This document shows, in pieces, positions 49,060-58,274 of a stretch of DNA of 64,000 nt. The stretch is taken from the sequence record NC_062581.1; one strand, 5' to 3'. Within the stretch, counting starts at the first letter, position 1, and each line of letters opens with the position of its first letter. The notes beneath the pieces are model-generated. The model was given only the letters and a program-made list of their open reading frames with translations, was not told where the DNA came from and did no database searches. The position numbers and the translations under genes were made by a program.

Positions 49060-49594
49060 GGGTAAATTCACAAAACTGTTGGCTCGGATTAGCAATGAAT
49101 CTGAAGACGGTGTTGCACATCCAGTTGATGTAAAAGAAACTAGTGCTGAACTGGCTAAACCAGAACTTAAAACTTCTGAAGACGATGGTTCGGATAAAGG
49201 TCAGATTGAAGAAGCACATCAAAATGTAGATGCCGGTGGTAAAGACTACACCGCTATTGATGAAGCATCTAAACGTCAAGGCGAAGTTATTCACAAACAA
49301 CTGGAACGTCTACAAGAGACTTCGGGTTCTTTGGAAGCTTACATTGAAATCGTAGAAGAATCTAGCAAAGCTAAAACCAGCATTGGTTCTGGTGCGGCTG
49401 CTGTCATTCAACATGATCTGGTTTCTCGTTACCCTAAGTTCTTTGATAAAGTAGTTCCTTCAGTAGAAGCTTTTGATATGGCTACCGGTCGTGACACTAC
49501 TGTTGCTTTGGGTGTTACTCTAAATAAGAAGCTGACCCAAGTTAAAGCGAACATTGAAAAGAAAAAAGATCGTCTGGCTACATTAGCAAAGTAA
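49052..49594 (+). CDS. Internal head protein, paralogue B
   Basis: Start ATG 49052; SNE, SLEAY and PSVEAF motifs. Confidence 0.7.
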   Translation: MAKGKFTKLLARISNESEDGVAHPVDVKETSAELAKPELKTSEDDGSDKGQIEEAHQNVDAGGKDYTAIDEASKRQGEVIHKQLERLQETSGSLEAYIEIVEESSKAKTSIGSGAAAVIQHDLVSRYPKFFDKVVPSVEAFDMATGRDTTVALGVTLNKKLTQVKANIEKKKDRLATLAK

Positions 49595-49611
49595 CTGCCT
49601 CCCAGGAGGCA
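49588..49611 (+). promoter_or_regulatory. Candidate -1 frameshift signal: A_AAG, UAA, then a GC hairpin
   Basis: GC-A-AAG-TAA-C-TGCCTC-CCAG-GAGGCA; the -1 frame is open into 49645..49929. Confidence 0.5.
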
Positions 49612-49644
49612 TACACCGAAGGCCCGGACAGTACGTTTACACAC

Positions 49645-49929
49645 ATGGGTAAAACCTACAGTGTTGACCGCTTATTAGAACTTACACGTAACACACCCGT
49701 TGTTCAATTTCCGGTTATGAAACTGGGTTGGATGATTGATGATGATTACGATGCTAAAAGAATGCGGGCAGCTGACACATCGGTTCCTATCTGCATCTAC
49801 CAACTACCAAAATCAGGTGCTTGGGTTTCTATGGATGGATACCATCGTGTTATCAAAGCGATCTATGTTGAAAGACGTGAAACTATTCCAGCTAAGATAG
49901 TTACCGAACAAATGTTCAAACAGCTTTAA
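49645..49929 (+). CDS. ParB/Sulfiredoxin-like domain (frame open upstream from 49558; probably translated as a fusion)
   Basis: PICI...WVSMDGYHRVIKA...IPAKIV; no RBS near ATG 49645. Confidence 0.65.
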   Translation: MGKTYSVDRLLELTRNTPVVQFPVMKLGWMIDDDYDAKRMRAADTSVPICIYQLPKSGAWVSMDGYHRVIKAIYVERRETIPAKIVTEQMFKQL

Positions 49930-49940
49930 CCAATATATTC

Positions 49941-49968
49941 GGTTGGTACTTCGGTACCAACCTTATGT
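49941..49968 (+). terminator. Hairpin with TATG tail
   Basis: GGTTGGTAC-TTCG-GTACCAACC-TTATGT. Confidence 0.75.
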
Positions 49969-49995
49969 AACTTTAATCCGCGGAGTAACAAACAC

Positions 49996-51750
49996 ATGGC
50001 TAAGCCAACCACCAAAGCAGCTGTTAAGCCTGCTACCAAGAAACGTTTTGTAGATGCAATGGGCCTGCTGGCCTCGATGGAATCCGTAGCTATCGCAGAA
50101 GACAAGAAAGTCTCTGTTGATGCACCTGTCCAAAAAGATAACAAAGATGACGTCTGCGCTCCTAATCCGAACGAAGAAGTAGATGCATCTGCACAGAACA
50201 CCCCTACCAAAGAACTGAAAGACACTACCCAAGACGGTACTGCTCACACTCAAGATGTTGGTAAAGTAAAAGTCACCGAAACTACCGACGCAGGTAATGC
50301 TGAAGAAGTTGACTCTGTTTCGAACAAAACTCCAGATGCTGTTAAAGCAGGTGAGAAAGACCTGACTACTGGTGTTGTGTCCCAAGAAGATTCTATTGAA
50401 GCTAATGAAGCTGAACACATCGCACCGAAAGAAGCTGACGATGCTGTGATGAACATTGAGCAAGCTGTAGAAGATCTTGAAGCTACCGGTATTACCGTTG
50501 GTTCTGATACCGCACTTCAGAAAGCTGAAGCCGTTGGTAACGACCTGGAAAACATTAACAAGGTTGAAGCAGCTCTTGAACAATTCCAAACCATGTTGGT
50601 CGGCATGCGCAAGCGTGGCAAGAAACCTACTCATGAAGTCGCCCAAGCAATCAAAATTGCACTGGAGTCACATGACCGTGTTTTCTTCCGTCCAATCGTT
50701 TCCTCGCTGGAAGACTTTGCTCGCCCGGATACCCAACTGGTTGCATCCAAAGGGCTTGAAGCAGCCATCACAGACAAACTGAAAGATCTGGGTAAAGCTG
50801 CTGGTAACGCTGTAGTTAAACTGGTTCACATGCTGATCGATGCTTGGAACCATTTCACTCGCGATACACCTAAGCTGATCGAAGAACTGACCAAGATCAC
50901 TAAAGAACTGCAAACCGCTAAACTAGAAGGCGGTGCTAGCCATGACATTAAAGGCGCTGGTCGTCTGATGATCAATGGTAACTTCATTGGTGATTCGGTT
51001 GAAGTGGCTCGCAATGTTGAGAAGACTTCTCGTGAACTGCTGGTTGAATGGCCACAAGCACTTATCAAACTGGCAACTACTGTTGAAGGTAAGGGTAAGG
51101 AAGTTGTAGCTACTGAAGATGCCAACAACACCGATGCAATTGAAGAAGCTGCACAAACTGCTCTAGAAGCAACCTTTGGTCAGTTCAAGCAAGTTGACTC
51201 AGGTGAAGCTCCATCGTCTCTGAGCAATTTCCCAATCGTCACTCGTTCGCCAATCCTGCCTGGTAACAAGGCAATGTTCATTGGTGTCCAAGATGGTACT
51301 AATGCTTCGGTCAATATCGCTAGCTCGACATTCATGAAGTTTGACTTTGCCTCTACTGGTGATGTTGATCAAGCTACTGAATCTGTCCAGGTTCCATCTG
51401 CTGAACGTGCCATTGCTACTATCAATGCTGTTAAAGAAATTGTCGGTAACCTGATTGGTAAAGACACTTCGATGGCTGCACTGAAAAGTCTGGGTAAAAC
51501 TCTGACTAGTGATGCCGGTACTAAGCAAGGTGATGTAGTGCGTGGTGCTATTCAAGCTGCACTGATGCAACACCGCATGTACATGGGTTATCTGACTTCG
51601 CTGGTTAAAGCTTACATTGGCTTCTACCGTCAACTGCTAGACAAAGTTAGCACTGGTACAGAGGTAGCAACTAAGACCGATGGTAAAGTTGGTGCTACCG
51701 ATGGCAAGTCGAAAGACCACGAAGAAGAATCTGTAGTTTCTACCCAGTAA
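49996..51750 (+). CDS. Internal head/ejection protein (gp162 position)
   Basis: 584 aa; long acidic propeptide with SME, SIE, ALE, SLE and GLE sites; same core family as its neighbours. Confidence 0.75.
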   Translation: MAKPTTKAAVKPATKKRFVDAMGLLASMESVAIAEDKKVSVDAPVQKDNKDDVCAPNPNEEVDASAQNTPTKELKDTTQDGTAHTQDVGKVKVTETTDAGNAEEVDSVSNKTPDAVKAGEKDLTTGVVSQEDSIEANEAEHIAPKEADDAVMNIEQAVEDLEATGITVGSDTALQKAEAVGNDLENINKVEAALEQFQTMLVGMRKRGKKPTHEVAQAIKIALESHDRVFFRPIVSSLEDFARPDTQLVASKGLEAAITDKLKDLGKAAGNAVVKLVHMLIDAWNHFTRDTPKLIEELTKITKELQTAKLEGGASHDIKGAGRLMINGNFIGDSVEVARNVEKTSRELLVEWPQALIKLATTVEGKGKEVVATEDANNTDAIEEAAQTALEATFGQFKQVDSGEAPSSLSNFPIVTRSPILPGNKAMFIGVQDGTNASVNIASSTFMKFDFASTGDVDQATESVQVPSAERAIATINAVKEIVGNLIGKDTSMAALKSLGKTLTSDAGTKQGDVVRGAIQAALMQHRMYMGYLTSLVKAYIGFYRQLLDKVSTGTEVATKTDGKVGATDGKSKDHEEESVVSTQ

Positions 51751-51759
51751 GGTATTCCC

Positions 51760-52923
51760 ATGACCGAGATCACTTTAATGCAGGTTGACGCTGACCTGGC
51801 CCGACTGAACCAGTACAATCTGGCTCTAGAAGGTTTTCAGCGTGTGATGGAAGGTCGTGAAGTTATTACTGGTCCAACAGCGATGGCAATGCGCATCGCT
51901 TTGGAAGATGCTGAGGTTGACCAATCGGTTGACCAAGGCATTACAGGTAAAGACCTCGTGGCTGGCTTTAAGAAGGTAGCTATTACTGTTCGAAACATTA
52001 TCCAATGGTTGTTGCGTACAATCGGTAAACTGGTTGAGACTATTGGTTTAGCTATGCAGAAACTAGGCGATGTTGGACGTAAACAAAAAGTAGCTCTCAA
52101 AGCAGTTCCTGAACAAGTTAAGACTGAGCTTCCTAAAGCAAAAGTAGAACCTTCTTCGTTTGATCCTAGTTTCCTAAGTATTGCTGGTGAGTTTGCTGGC
52201 CATGATGTTGAGCAGTTAAACAACATGCTTAAGATGGTTCAGTTTGCTAGCAATGATTATCCGGTTCAGTTTGACCACGTCTTAGCTGACTTGGAACAAT
52301 TAGCTCGAACAGCAATTAGTTCTAAAGCGGATAGCACTGATGCATTCTTTAATGGGCTAGGACAGTCCTTGCAAAAGAACATCAAGATTCCACAGATGAA
52401 ATACAGTAACACCAATCACATGCCACATATGTCATCCAATTCAGTAAGTACAGTTAATACTGTTCCTTTGCTGGGTGATCAAGGCTTGACTATGTTGGAC
52501 CCGCAAGACGCCGTAGCGGTATTGTCTAAGAGCAATCCAATCAGTGCATTGCAAGGCTATCTGTTGATTAAGTTTGGTGAATACGATACATCTGTAGAAG
52601 GGGAAGTTGAAGTTAAATCTCCTGACTATCCAACCTTAGTTAAGCTGAATGAAATTTGTATTCAAGCAGCTGAAACTTGGAACGAAGCTGATAAATCAAA
52701 CTTGTCTAAAATCTCTTCGCGTGTTGAAAAGATTAAAGGTCTGTTAGATGACATGGCTAAGGGTGAGCAATCCCCGGCACTTAACACTATTGCTTCGGCA
52801 ATGGGTGTGGTTCTACAACGAATGACTGATCCATTGATGAACATTCAGAAATGGGTATCACGTACATTGAAAGCAGAACTGTCGTACATTCAACAGTGTG
52901 TTGATGCAGCGGAACAAGAATAA
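51760..52923 (+). CDS. Internal head/ejection protein (gp163 position)
   Basis: 387 aa; ALEGF and ALEDA motifs; L.I.G.F.G motif shared with the upstream paralogue. Confidence 0.75.
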   Translation: MTEITLMQVDADLARLNQYNLALEGFQRVMEGREVITGPTAMAMRIALEDAEVDQSVDQGITGKDLVAGFKKVAITVRNIIQWLLRTIGKLVETIGLAMQKLGDVGRKQKVALKAVPEQVKTELPKAKVEPSSFDPSFLSIAGEFAGHDVEQLNNMLKMVQFASNDYPVQFDHVLADLEQLARTAISSKADSTDAFFNGLGQSLQKNIKIPQMKYSNTNHMPHMSSNSVSTVNTVPLLGDQGLTMLDPQDAVAVLSKSNPISALQGYLLIKFGEYDTSVEGEVEVKSPDYPTLVKLNEICIQAAETWNEADKSNLSKISSRVEKIKGLLDDMAKGEQSPALNTIASAMGVVLQRMTDPLMNIQKWVSRTLKAELSYIQQCVDAAEQE

Positions 52924-52961
52924 CAGCATATTGGCTTCCCCTAGGGGAAGCCTTATGTCGT
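52924..52961. terminator. Bidirectional hairpin at a convergent junction
   Basis: CAGCATATT-GGCTTCCC-CTAG-GGGAAGCC-TTATGTCGTC. Confidence 0.8.
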
Positions 52962-52962
52962 C

Positions 52963-53226
52963 TTATGCTGAACACGTGTGTTTAGGATCACCAGAGGCTG
53001 TGTCGTTACACGAGGCACGCATTCCAGCTAACACCACGGCAATGCCATTGATTGTAAATAACACGCTACCTTGGACCATCACAGGGCCTGCGTGAGCGCC
53101 ACTACCGTGCCCGGTTACACTTGCACCCACCGTAGCAATAGGTGCGCCATTAATTGTTGCGATTCTCTGGGTAGGTTGAATTACACCACCTGCCGAATCA
53201 ATACCTGCTCTAGAAATACCTGGCAT
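52963..53226 (-). CDS. PAAR-repeat spike tip protein
   Basis: TINGAPIATVGASVTGHG..AH ... TINGIAVVLAGMRASC; His/His/Cys metal ligands. Confidence 0.85.
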   Translation of the reverse strand: MPGISRAGIDSAGGVIQPTQRIATINGAPIATVGASVTGHGSGAHAGPVMVQGSVLFTINGIAVVLAGMRASCNDTASGDPKHTCSA

Positions 53227-53229
53227 ACC

Positions 53230-54099
53230 TTACCCCACAATTGCAAAACCACCTGGTGCATTCATTTGTATCTTACCACCCCCAATAACCACATCAGGAG
53301 CCGTTACCTTGACCGTAGATGAATTACTGACCACATTGGTAGTCTTAGTATCAACTGTGTCTGGAGTGAGCTTATAGCGCGTCCCACCTACAATCATTTC
53401 AATGGACTCGTTTGCAGACATCTCGATCTTTTGACGTTCCAGTTTTAAATAAGTCCCGTCTGGGTTTTTGAGTTGTAACCGATTGTCACGAGATACAATT
53501 TCAAATTCATTACCAATGTCGTCAGTGATTGTAAATTCACCTTCACCTGTATTGAATTGCATTGTCCAAGCGTAAGGTTCACCATTTGCTTTAGATGTAC
53601 CGATAGTGAAGTGTTTATCATGAGCGGAGATAGCTAAGTAATAACAAGTATTGAAGTCAATACCCCCACCACCTGGATTAGGGGAAGCGTTCCAAGTGTA
53701 GACAACTGATTCTAATGAACGCAGGCCGTTCTTCATGGCCATAGAGCGCCAGTAGTACTTGTCCGAATCACCTAGTCGCCATACTTCAATCAATTCGTTA
53801 CGCATGATGTCAGGAGGTGTTGCACGGTTATCTTCACCTGGATACCATTCACATGGAACCGAGCGTTCAGCTGTGGTTTTAACTTGATGGGTTGCTCCTG
53901 AAGTATCTTGCCACTCACGGGTAACTTCTTGCGGGTTGAATTTAATTTCCCCGTCAGTAGCCATTGCTTTCTCGTTCATAAGAACGTTCAGCATTGTTGA
54001 TTCACGAGGCTTGTTTTCTTTTGCTGTACCTAATGAAACAAAACGGAACTTAGATCCGGCTTGTCCACTGATAGGTTTGTCTGCAGCTTGTTGTTCCAT
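53230..54099 (-). CDS. Baseplate central spike (gp5/VgrG-like; gp164 position)
   Basis: OB-fold-like N-terminus and short beta-strand repeats at the C-terminus; directly upstream of the PAAR gene. Confidence 0.75.
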   Translation of the reverse strand: MEQQAADKPISGQAGSKFRFVSLGTAKENKPRESTMLNVLMNEKAMATDGEIKFNPQEVTREWQDTSGATHQVKTTAERSVPCEWYPGEDNRATPPDIMRNELIEVWRLGDSDKYYWRSMAMKNGLRSLESVVYTWNASPNPGGGGIDFNTCYYLAISAHDKHFTIGTSKANGEPYAWTMQFNTGEGEFTITDDIGNEFEIVSRDNRLQLKNPDGTYLKLERQKIEMSANESIEMIVGGTRYKLTPDTVDTKTTNVVSNSSTVKVTAPDVVIGGGKIQMNAPGGFAIVG

Positions 54100-54181
54100 T
54101 TTGATGTCCTTGAAGATTATACTTGGGTGCCAGATCTAATGTAGACAACGGCGCTAAGAATAAGGAAGGGGGCTTTTTACT

Positions 54182-56680
54182 GTGTATTTACAGTACGTAC
54201 AATTAGTTAAGTACAAACGATTGATGTTATCGAACATCCAAAGTTTAGAATGGACACCAACAAAAAACCTGATGGTGATCATTGGATCGAACGGTAGCGG
54301 CAAATCGTCATTGCTTGACGAATTAAGTCCATTACCTTCTCACCGTTCACAATTTGAAAAGAATGGATCTAAGACAGTACATTGCATGCACAAAGGATCA
54401 CGCTATGTATTGCATTCTGACTATGAAAAAGATTCAGGTACTGGTCACCACACATTCATTAAGGATAATGTTAAACTAAACGACAACGGTACGTATCAGA
54501 TTCAACTAGATTTGTGTAAGCAAGAGTTTGGCTTGCAACAAGACGTCCATGAGCTAATGACGGGACGCATTAAGTTTTCCCAACTACCCGTTAACAAACG
54601 TCGTGAATGGTTGACACGTGCATCTCCAGTAGACCTAGGCTATGCTTTCAATTTGCTGAGTCGTGTATCCGATGAGGCACGAGCACAAAAGAACGTTATT
54701 GATCACATGACAAAACGTTTGGCTAACGAAAACGTTGATATGTTGGATGATTCTGAAATCACCCGACTTCGTCAAGAACGTCAACGTTTGACTGATCGCG
54801 TTAACACGTTGTTCCTGCATCGTAACCCTTCTACTAAACAAGGGTTTACACATAACACTGCCGCTAAAGAGAAATTGGACAACATTCTTCATACTGCTAA
54901 ACATTTACTGCATCAATATCCTCGGTTGAGTGATTCGTTTCGAGTAGAAGATCGAGGTGAGTACAACCAAGTAGTAAACCAACGTCTGGCCAATGTTCAA
55001 GCTGCACAAGCGGTAATTGATCGTTTGATGGAAGAACTAGAAACAGTTCGTGCAACAACACCATCACAGATTGAAAAGATTTCTCCAGAAGAGATCCAAG
55101 AACTAAAAGAACGTTTGGCTTACCACCTTAACATTGCTGCTGAAAAGAATGCAATTGTGCAAGCTTACAAAGATCCAATTCCCCTTTGTCGCATGGGTGT
55201 GTTTGGTGACATGCAAGCTAAGTTGGAAGATGCTTTTGATCGGGCTTATACAACGGTCATGACTATCCCTAACAATGAAGACGGTAATTTGTCTACAGCT
55301 ATTGCTCAAGGCAAAAAAGAAAAGTTAGCGGAATGCAAAACTAAACTCCGTAGCATTGAAGAATACATTTCTGAAACCTTGCGCCGTATTGCTACTTTGA
55401 AAGGGTGTGATCATGTTCAGTGCCCAAACTGCCAGCATACTTTTGCACCGGGTGTAGATCCAAAAGATCTACCTATTCTGGAAGAACGTTTGAATAAAGC
55501 TTCGCAAGCAGAAACTCATTTTAAAACTGAGATTAAAGCTATTGAAGAATACCTAGAAAAGTTTATGGACTACGCTGGGTTTGTTCAACAGTTCCAACAG
55601 ATCACTCGTGACCATAAAGATTTTGCTTCTGTATGGGAATGGATGACCGCAGATGGACGGTTGTTTCGTTTGCCTAAAATGATAGCTACCGATGTAGTTC
55701 GTTGGCACGATGCACAACAAGCAATGATTGAAGCAGCTATCCAATTGGAAAATGCTAAGAACATCGAAACCCGTTTAAAAGTTATTGAAGCTATTGACTT
55801 TGATGCTGCTGGGTACATGCTTAAGCGTGCAACAGATCTGGAAACGGAAATCAATAACAAGTTGTTGTCTCAACAATCAACGCGTAATGAAATTGAATCG
55901 TATGTTCACTCAGGTAATGACGTAGATGCATTCATTACTAAAGTTAACACCTGTTTGACTGAGTACGCTGATTGGCATAAGCGAGCAGTGCAACACGCCG
56001 AGTGGCTGTTAGACCAAGCGTTTAGTGAAGAGATCGATGCAACCCACCAACAACTGGCAGTAACGGGTAATCGGTTACGTGAAGCTGAACGACGCGATAC
56101 CGAGATACGTTTGTTGGAAGATACTGTAGCGGATGCAGCTGACGCACATACTGATCTACAGTTGTTAGCTAAAGCACTATCACCTAAAGGTGGATTGATT
56201 GGTCAGTACATGTTGGGTTTCTTGCAAGGGGTAACCAAACTGGTTAACTCTGTTATTGATGAAGTCTGGACTTATCCAATGGTTGTCTTGCCATCTAAGA
56301 TTGATAAAGAAGATCTGGATTACAAGTTTCCATTGAACGTTGGTAATGGTGCAGTAGAACCAGCTGATATTGATCTGGGTTCTGATTCACAAAAAGAAAT
56401 CGTTAACTTTGCATTCAGTGTAGCTTTGTTAAAGTTCATGGGCTTTGATGATTTCCCATTAATGCTTGACGAATTTGGTCGTACGTTTGATGAACAACAC
56501 CGTACTAACTTGGTACCGTTCATTGGTCGGTTGATCGAGCTAGGTCAGTTTCAACAGATCTTTTATATCAGCCACTACACGTCTACGCATGGTGCATTTA
56601 ACCAAGCTGAGTTTGTGGTGCTTGATCCAACCAACGTAACGGTTCCGGAGTTCTTCAATAAAAACATGGTCATGACTTAA
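54182..56680 (+). CDS. sbcC: SbcC/Rad50-like SMC ATPase (phiKZ gp165-like)
   Basis: GSNGSGKS Walker A, CPNC zinc hook, GSDSQ signature, LMLDE Walker B, ISH H-loop. Confidence 0.9.
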   Translation: MYLQYVQLVKYKRLMLSNIQSLEWTPTKNLMVIIGSNGSGKSSLLDELSPLPSHRSQFEKNGSKTVHCMHKGSRYVLHSDYEKDSGTGHHTFIKDNVKLNDNGTYQIQLDLCKQEFGLQQDVHELMTGRIKFSQLPVNKRREWLTRASPVDLGYAFNLLSRVSDEARAQKNVIDHMTKRLANENVDMLDDSEITRLRQERQRLTDRVNTLFLHRNPSTKQGFTHNTAAKEKLDNILHTAKHLLHQYPRLSDSFRVEDRGEYNQVVNQRLANVQAAQAVIDRLMEELETVRATTPSQIEKISPEEIQELKERLAYHLNIAAEKNAIVQAYKDPIPLCRMGVFGDMQAKLEDAFDRAYTTVMTIPNNEDGNLSTAIAQGKKEKLAECKTKLRSIEEYISETLRRIATLKGCDHVQCPNCQHTFAPGVDPKDLPILEERLNKASQAETHFKTEIKAIEEYLEKFMDYAGFVQQFQQITRDHKDFASVWEWMTADGRLFRLPKMIATDVVRWHDAQQAMIEAAIQLENAKNIETRLKVIEAIDFDAAGYMLKRATDLETEINNKLLSQQSTRNEIESYVHSGNDVDAFITKVNTCLTEYADWHKRAVQHAEWLLDQAFSEEIDATHQQLAVTGNRLREAERRDTEIRLLEDTVADAADAHTDLQLLAKALSPKGGLIGQYMLGFLQGVTKLVNSVIDEVWTYPMVVLPSKIDKEDLDYKFPLNVGNGAVEPADIDLGSDSQKEIVNFAFSVALLKFMGFDDFPLMLDEFGRTFDEQHRTNLVPFIGRLIELGQFQQIFYISHYTSTHGAFNQAEFVVLDPTNVTVPEFFNKNMVMT

Positions 56681-56751
56681 TGTTTACGTTATTGGTAGTC
56701 AGTGTCATTGGTATTGCAGCTTATCGAAAGCTGCAGTCACTGATGTCTTAA
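56680..56751 (+). CDS. Possible 23-aa membrane peptide (MFTLLVVSVIGIAAYRKLQSLMS)
   Basis: TAATG coupling to the sbcC stop; hydrophobic helix followed by basic residues. Confidence 0.35.
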   Translation: MFTLLVVSVIGIAAYRKLQSLMS

Positions 56752-56757
56752 TGCAGG

Positions 56758-56781
56758 AAATCTCAGATCTATATTACTATT
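56758..56781 (+). promoter_or_regulatory. Phage early-type promoter, class A
   Basis: 24-nt exact copy of 3675..3698. Confidence 0.75.
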
Positions 56782-56829
56782 GTGATAATAGATCTGAGAT
56801 TCACCACTTTTGCGGTTTGGGGAATACAC

Positions 56830-57336
56830 ATGTCCACCGTTTACTCACTTGAAGTATTTGCTAAAAGATACGAGCTGACAATTGCACAGCTGTTTGACCG
56901 GAGCTGGATGTTATACGACATCTATTCAATGCCAATCAATTACCGTGGGCGGCCTATTACTTTTATCAATGAAGGAACACAGATTCCAAGTTGCTTTGAA
57001 GTAAGCGTTCATCGTAATGGTACCACCAAACGTTTTCCATTCTTGACTACACTCTCTGAACTGACAGTAAGTCAAGATGAATTAGATGTTTGGTTTCGTA
57101 AAGTAAGACCCAACTATTACGCCCATTTGCTATGTTCTTATGATCATGGCTTGTTGGCTTCTATTCTGGCGCATCAGAAAGATGCTAATTCATTGTTGTG
57201 TTGGCATATCACTAACCGACTCAACATGATCCAGGATGGTGCTGTACCAGAACCTATCCCATCGGATACTGGTTTCATTCGTTCGTGTTACGACTACGTA
57301 ATGTCCACATCAGTGGCTAAGAAAATCTTTAGTTGA
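56830..57336 (+). CDS. Hypothetical early protein
   Basis: Start ATG 56830 with GGGGA RBS. Confidence 0.65.
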   Translation: MSTVYSLEVFAKRYELTIAQLFDRSWMLYDIYSMPINYRGRPITFINEGTQIPSCFEVSVHRNGTTKRFPFLTTLSELTVSQDELDVWFRKVRPNYYAHLLCSYDHGLLASILAHQKDANSLLCWHITNRLNMIQDGAVPEPIPSDTGFIRSCYDYVMSTSVAKKIFS

Positions 57337-57344
57337 AGGCTTCC

Positions 57345-57746
57345 ATGACCCGTAATTATTTTGAAGAGATTCTTCCTGAGTTTCGTACACCACGTACTCA
57401 CGCTGCCATTCATGCAGTAGACGGCAAAAAAGTAAATGTGTCAATGTGGATCTGTACACTTGAAAATTCGCTGGATAAATCAACTTGGTTTTTTGCCGTA
57501 AAAGTTGATCATCTTGAAGAAGACAGTGTTACTAAATCAGAAGTACACTTTTTCATTGATGAGCGAGATGCATGGATCTATCGTGCAGATCGACTGGGTA
57601 GTAAAGACGTTTTCTTTACTAGCTATGAAGGTACCATCCAAGGTAACAAACTAGTGATGGAAGGAATTATGGAGAAAGCCAATTTCTCCGAACGCACATT
57701 GTGGGATGGTTACACCCTACAAGAAATCCGTAATCTAAAGGCGTAA
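57345..57746 (+). CDS. Hypothetical early protein
   Basis: Start ATG 57345 with GAAGG RBS. Confidence 0.65.
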   Translation: MTRNYFEEILPEFRTPRTHAAIHAVDGKKVNVSMWICTLENSLDKSTWFFAVKVDHLEEDSVTKSEVHFFIDERDAWIYRADRLGSKDVFFTSYEGTIQGNKLVMEGIMEKANFSERTLWDGYTLQEIRNLKA

Positions 57747-57752
57747 TGCTTA

Positions 57753-57968
57753 ATGTCGATGGCATCACAAAACCTAAAACTTATTGCAGAACAAGCTCGT
57801 TCGGCATCGGCAGATAAACTTGCTCTGTTATGTATTACCGCTGAAAGTGCTATTCAAACAAGTCCCAAGATAGCTGAAAGAATTAGTTCTTTTGAATTGT
57901 CTTGGCAAAAACTTGAAGGTGTATTACTTCCTTGCGTAAAAATGACATTTGCTAATGAACCCGAATAA
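57753..57968 (+). CDS. Small hypothetical protein
   Basis: 71 aa, tightly packed in the operon. Confidence 0.55.
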   Translation: MSMASQNLKLIAEQARSASADKLALLCITAESAIQTSPKIAERISSFELSWQKLEGVLLPCVKMTFANEPE

Positions 57969-57971
57969 GTT

Positions 57972-58002
57972 TATTTAAAACATTTAAAAGGCTATATTAC
58001 AA
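57972..58002 (+). promoter_or_regulatory. Phage early-type promoter, class B
   Basis: TATTTAAAACATTTAAAAGGCTATATTACAA, 29/31 identical to 62568..62598. Confidence 0.75.
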
Positions 58003-58035
58003 TCGTGTACATAGCCCAATGAAAGGACCGGCACT

Positions 58036-58260
58036 GTGCTTGAATTCTACAACTCGCTTGACTGGGTATTCCAAACCACGATCATTTTGTTCTTGGTTTA
58101 TCTACTGTGCAAATGGTTCGGTGGTGTAGTCACTGCCTTGCTTGTATTGATTCACCCGGTACATGTAATCATCTTTGGTGTACTGATCGTACTTATCAAT
58201 ATCGCTACTAGCGTATTTTGCGTATGGTCGGTATTTAAACTGCTGTTCATTCTTCTATAA
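58036..58260 (+). CDS. Small multi-pass membrane protein
   Basis: 74 aa, almost entirely hydrophobic; AAAGGA RBS, GTG start. Confidence 0.7.
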   Translation: MLEFYNSLDWVFQTTIILFLVYLLCKWFGGVVTALLVLIHPVHVIIFGVLIVLINIATSVFCVWSVFKLLFILL

Positions 58261-58274
58261 AGGATTTCTTGATC

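Noticed and set aside
49604-49609. AGGAGG as the RBS of the ParB-like ORF
   Set aside because: It lies 35 nt from ATG 49645, has no start codon at usable spacing, and forms the 3' arm of a hairpin.
5523-56680. Introns, inteins or homing endonucleases in the RNAP, UvsX, RNase H or SbcC genes
   Set aside because: All are uninterrupted, of expected size, and show no intein, HNH or LAGLIDADG motifs by eye.
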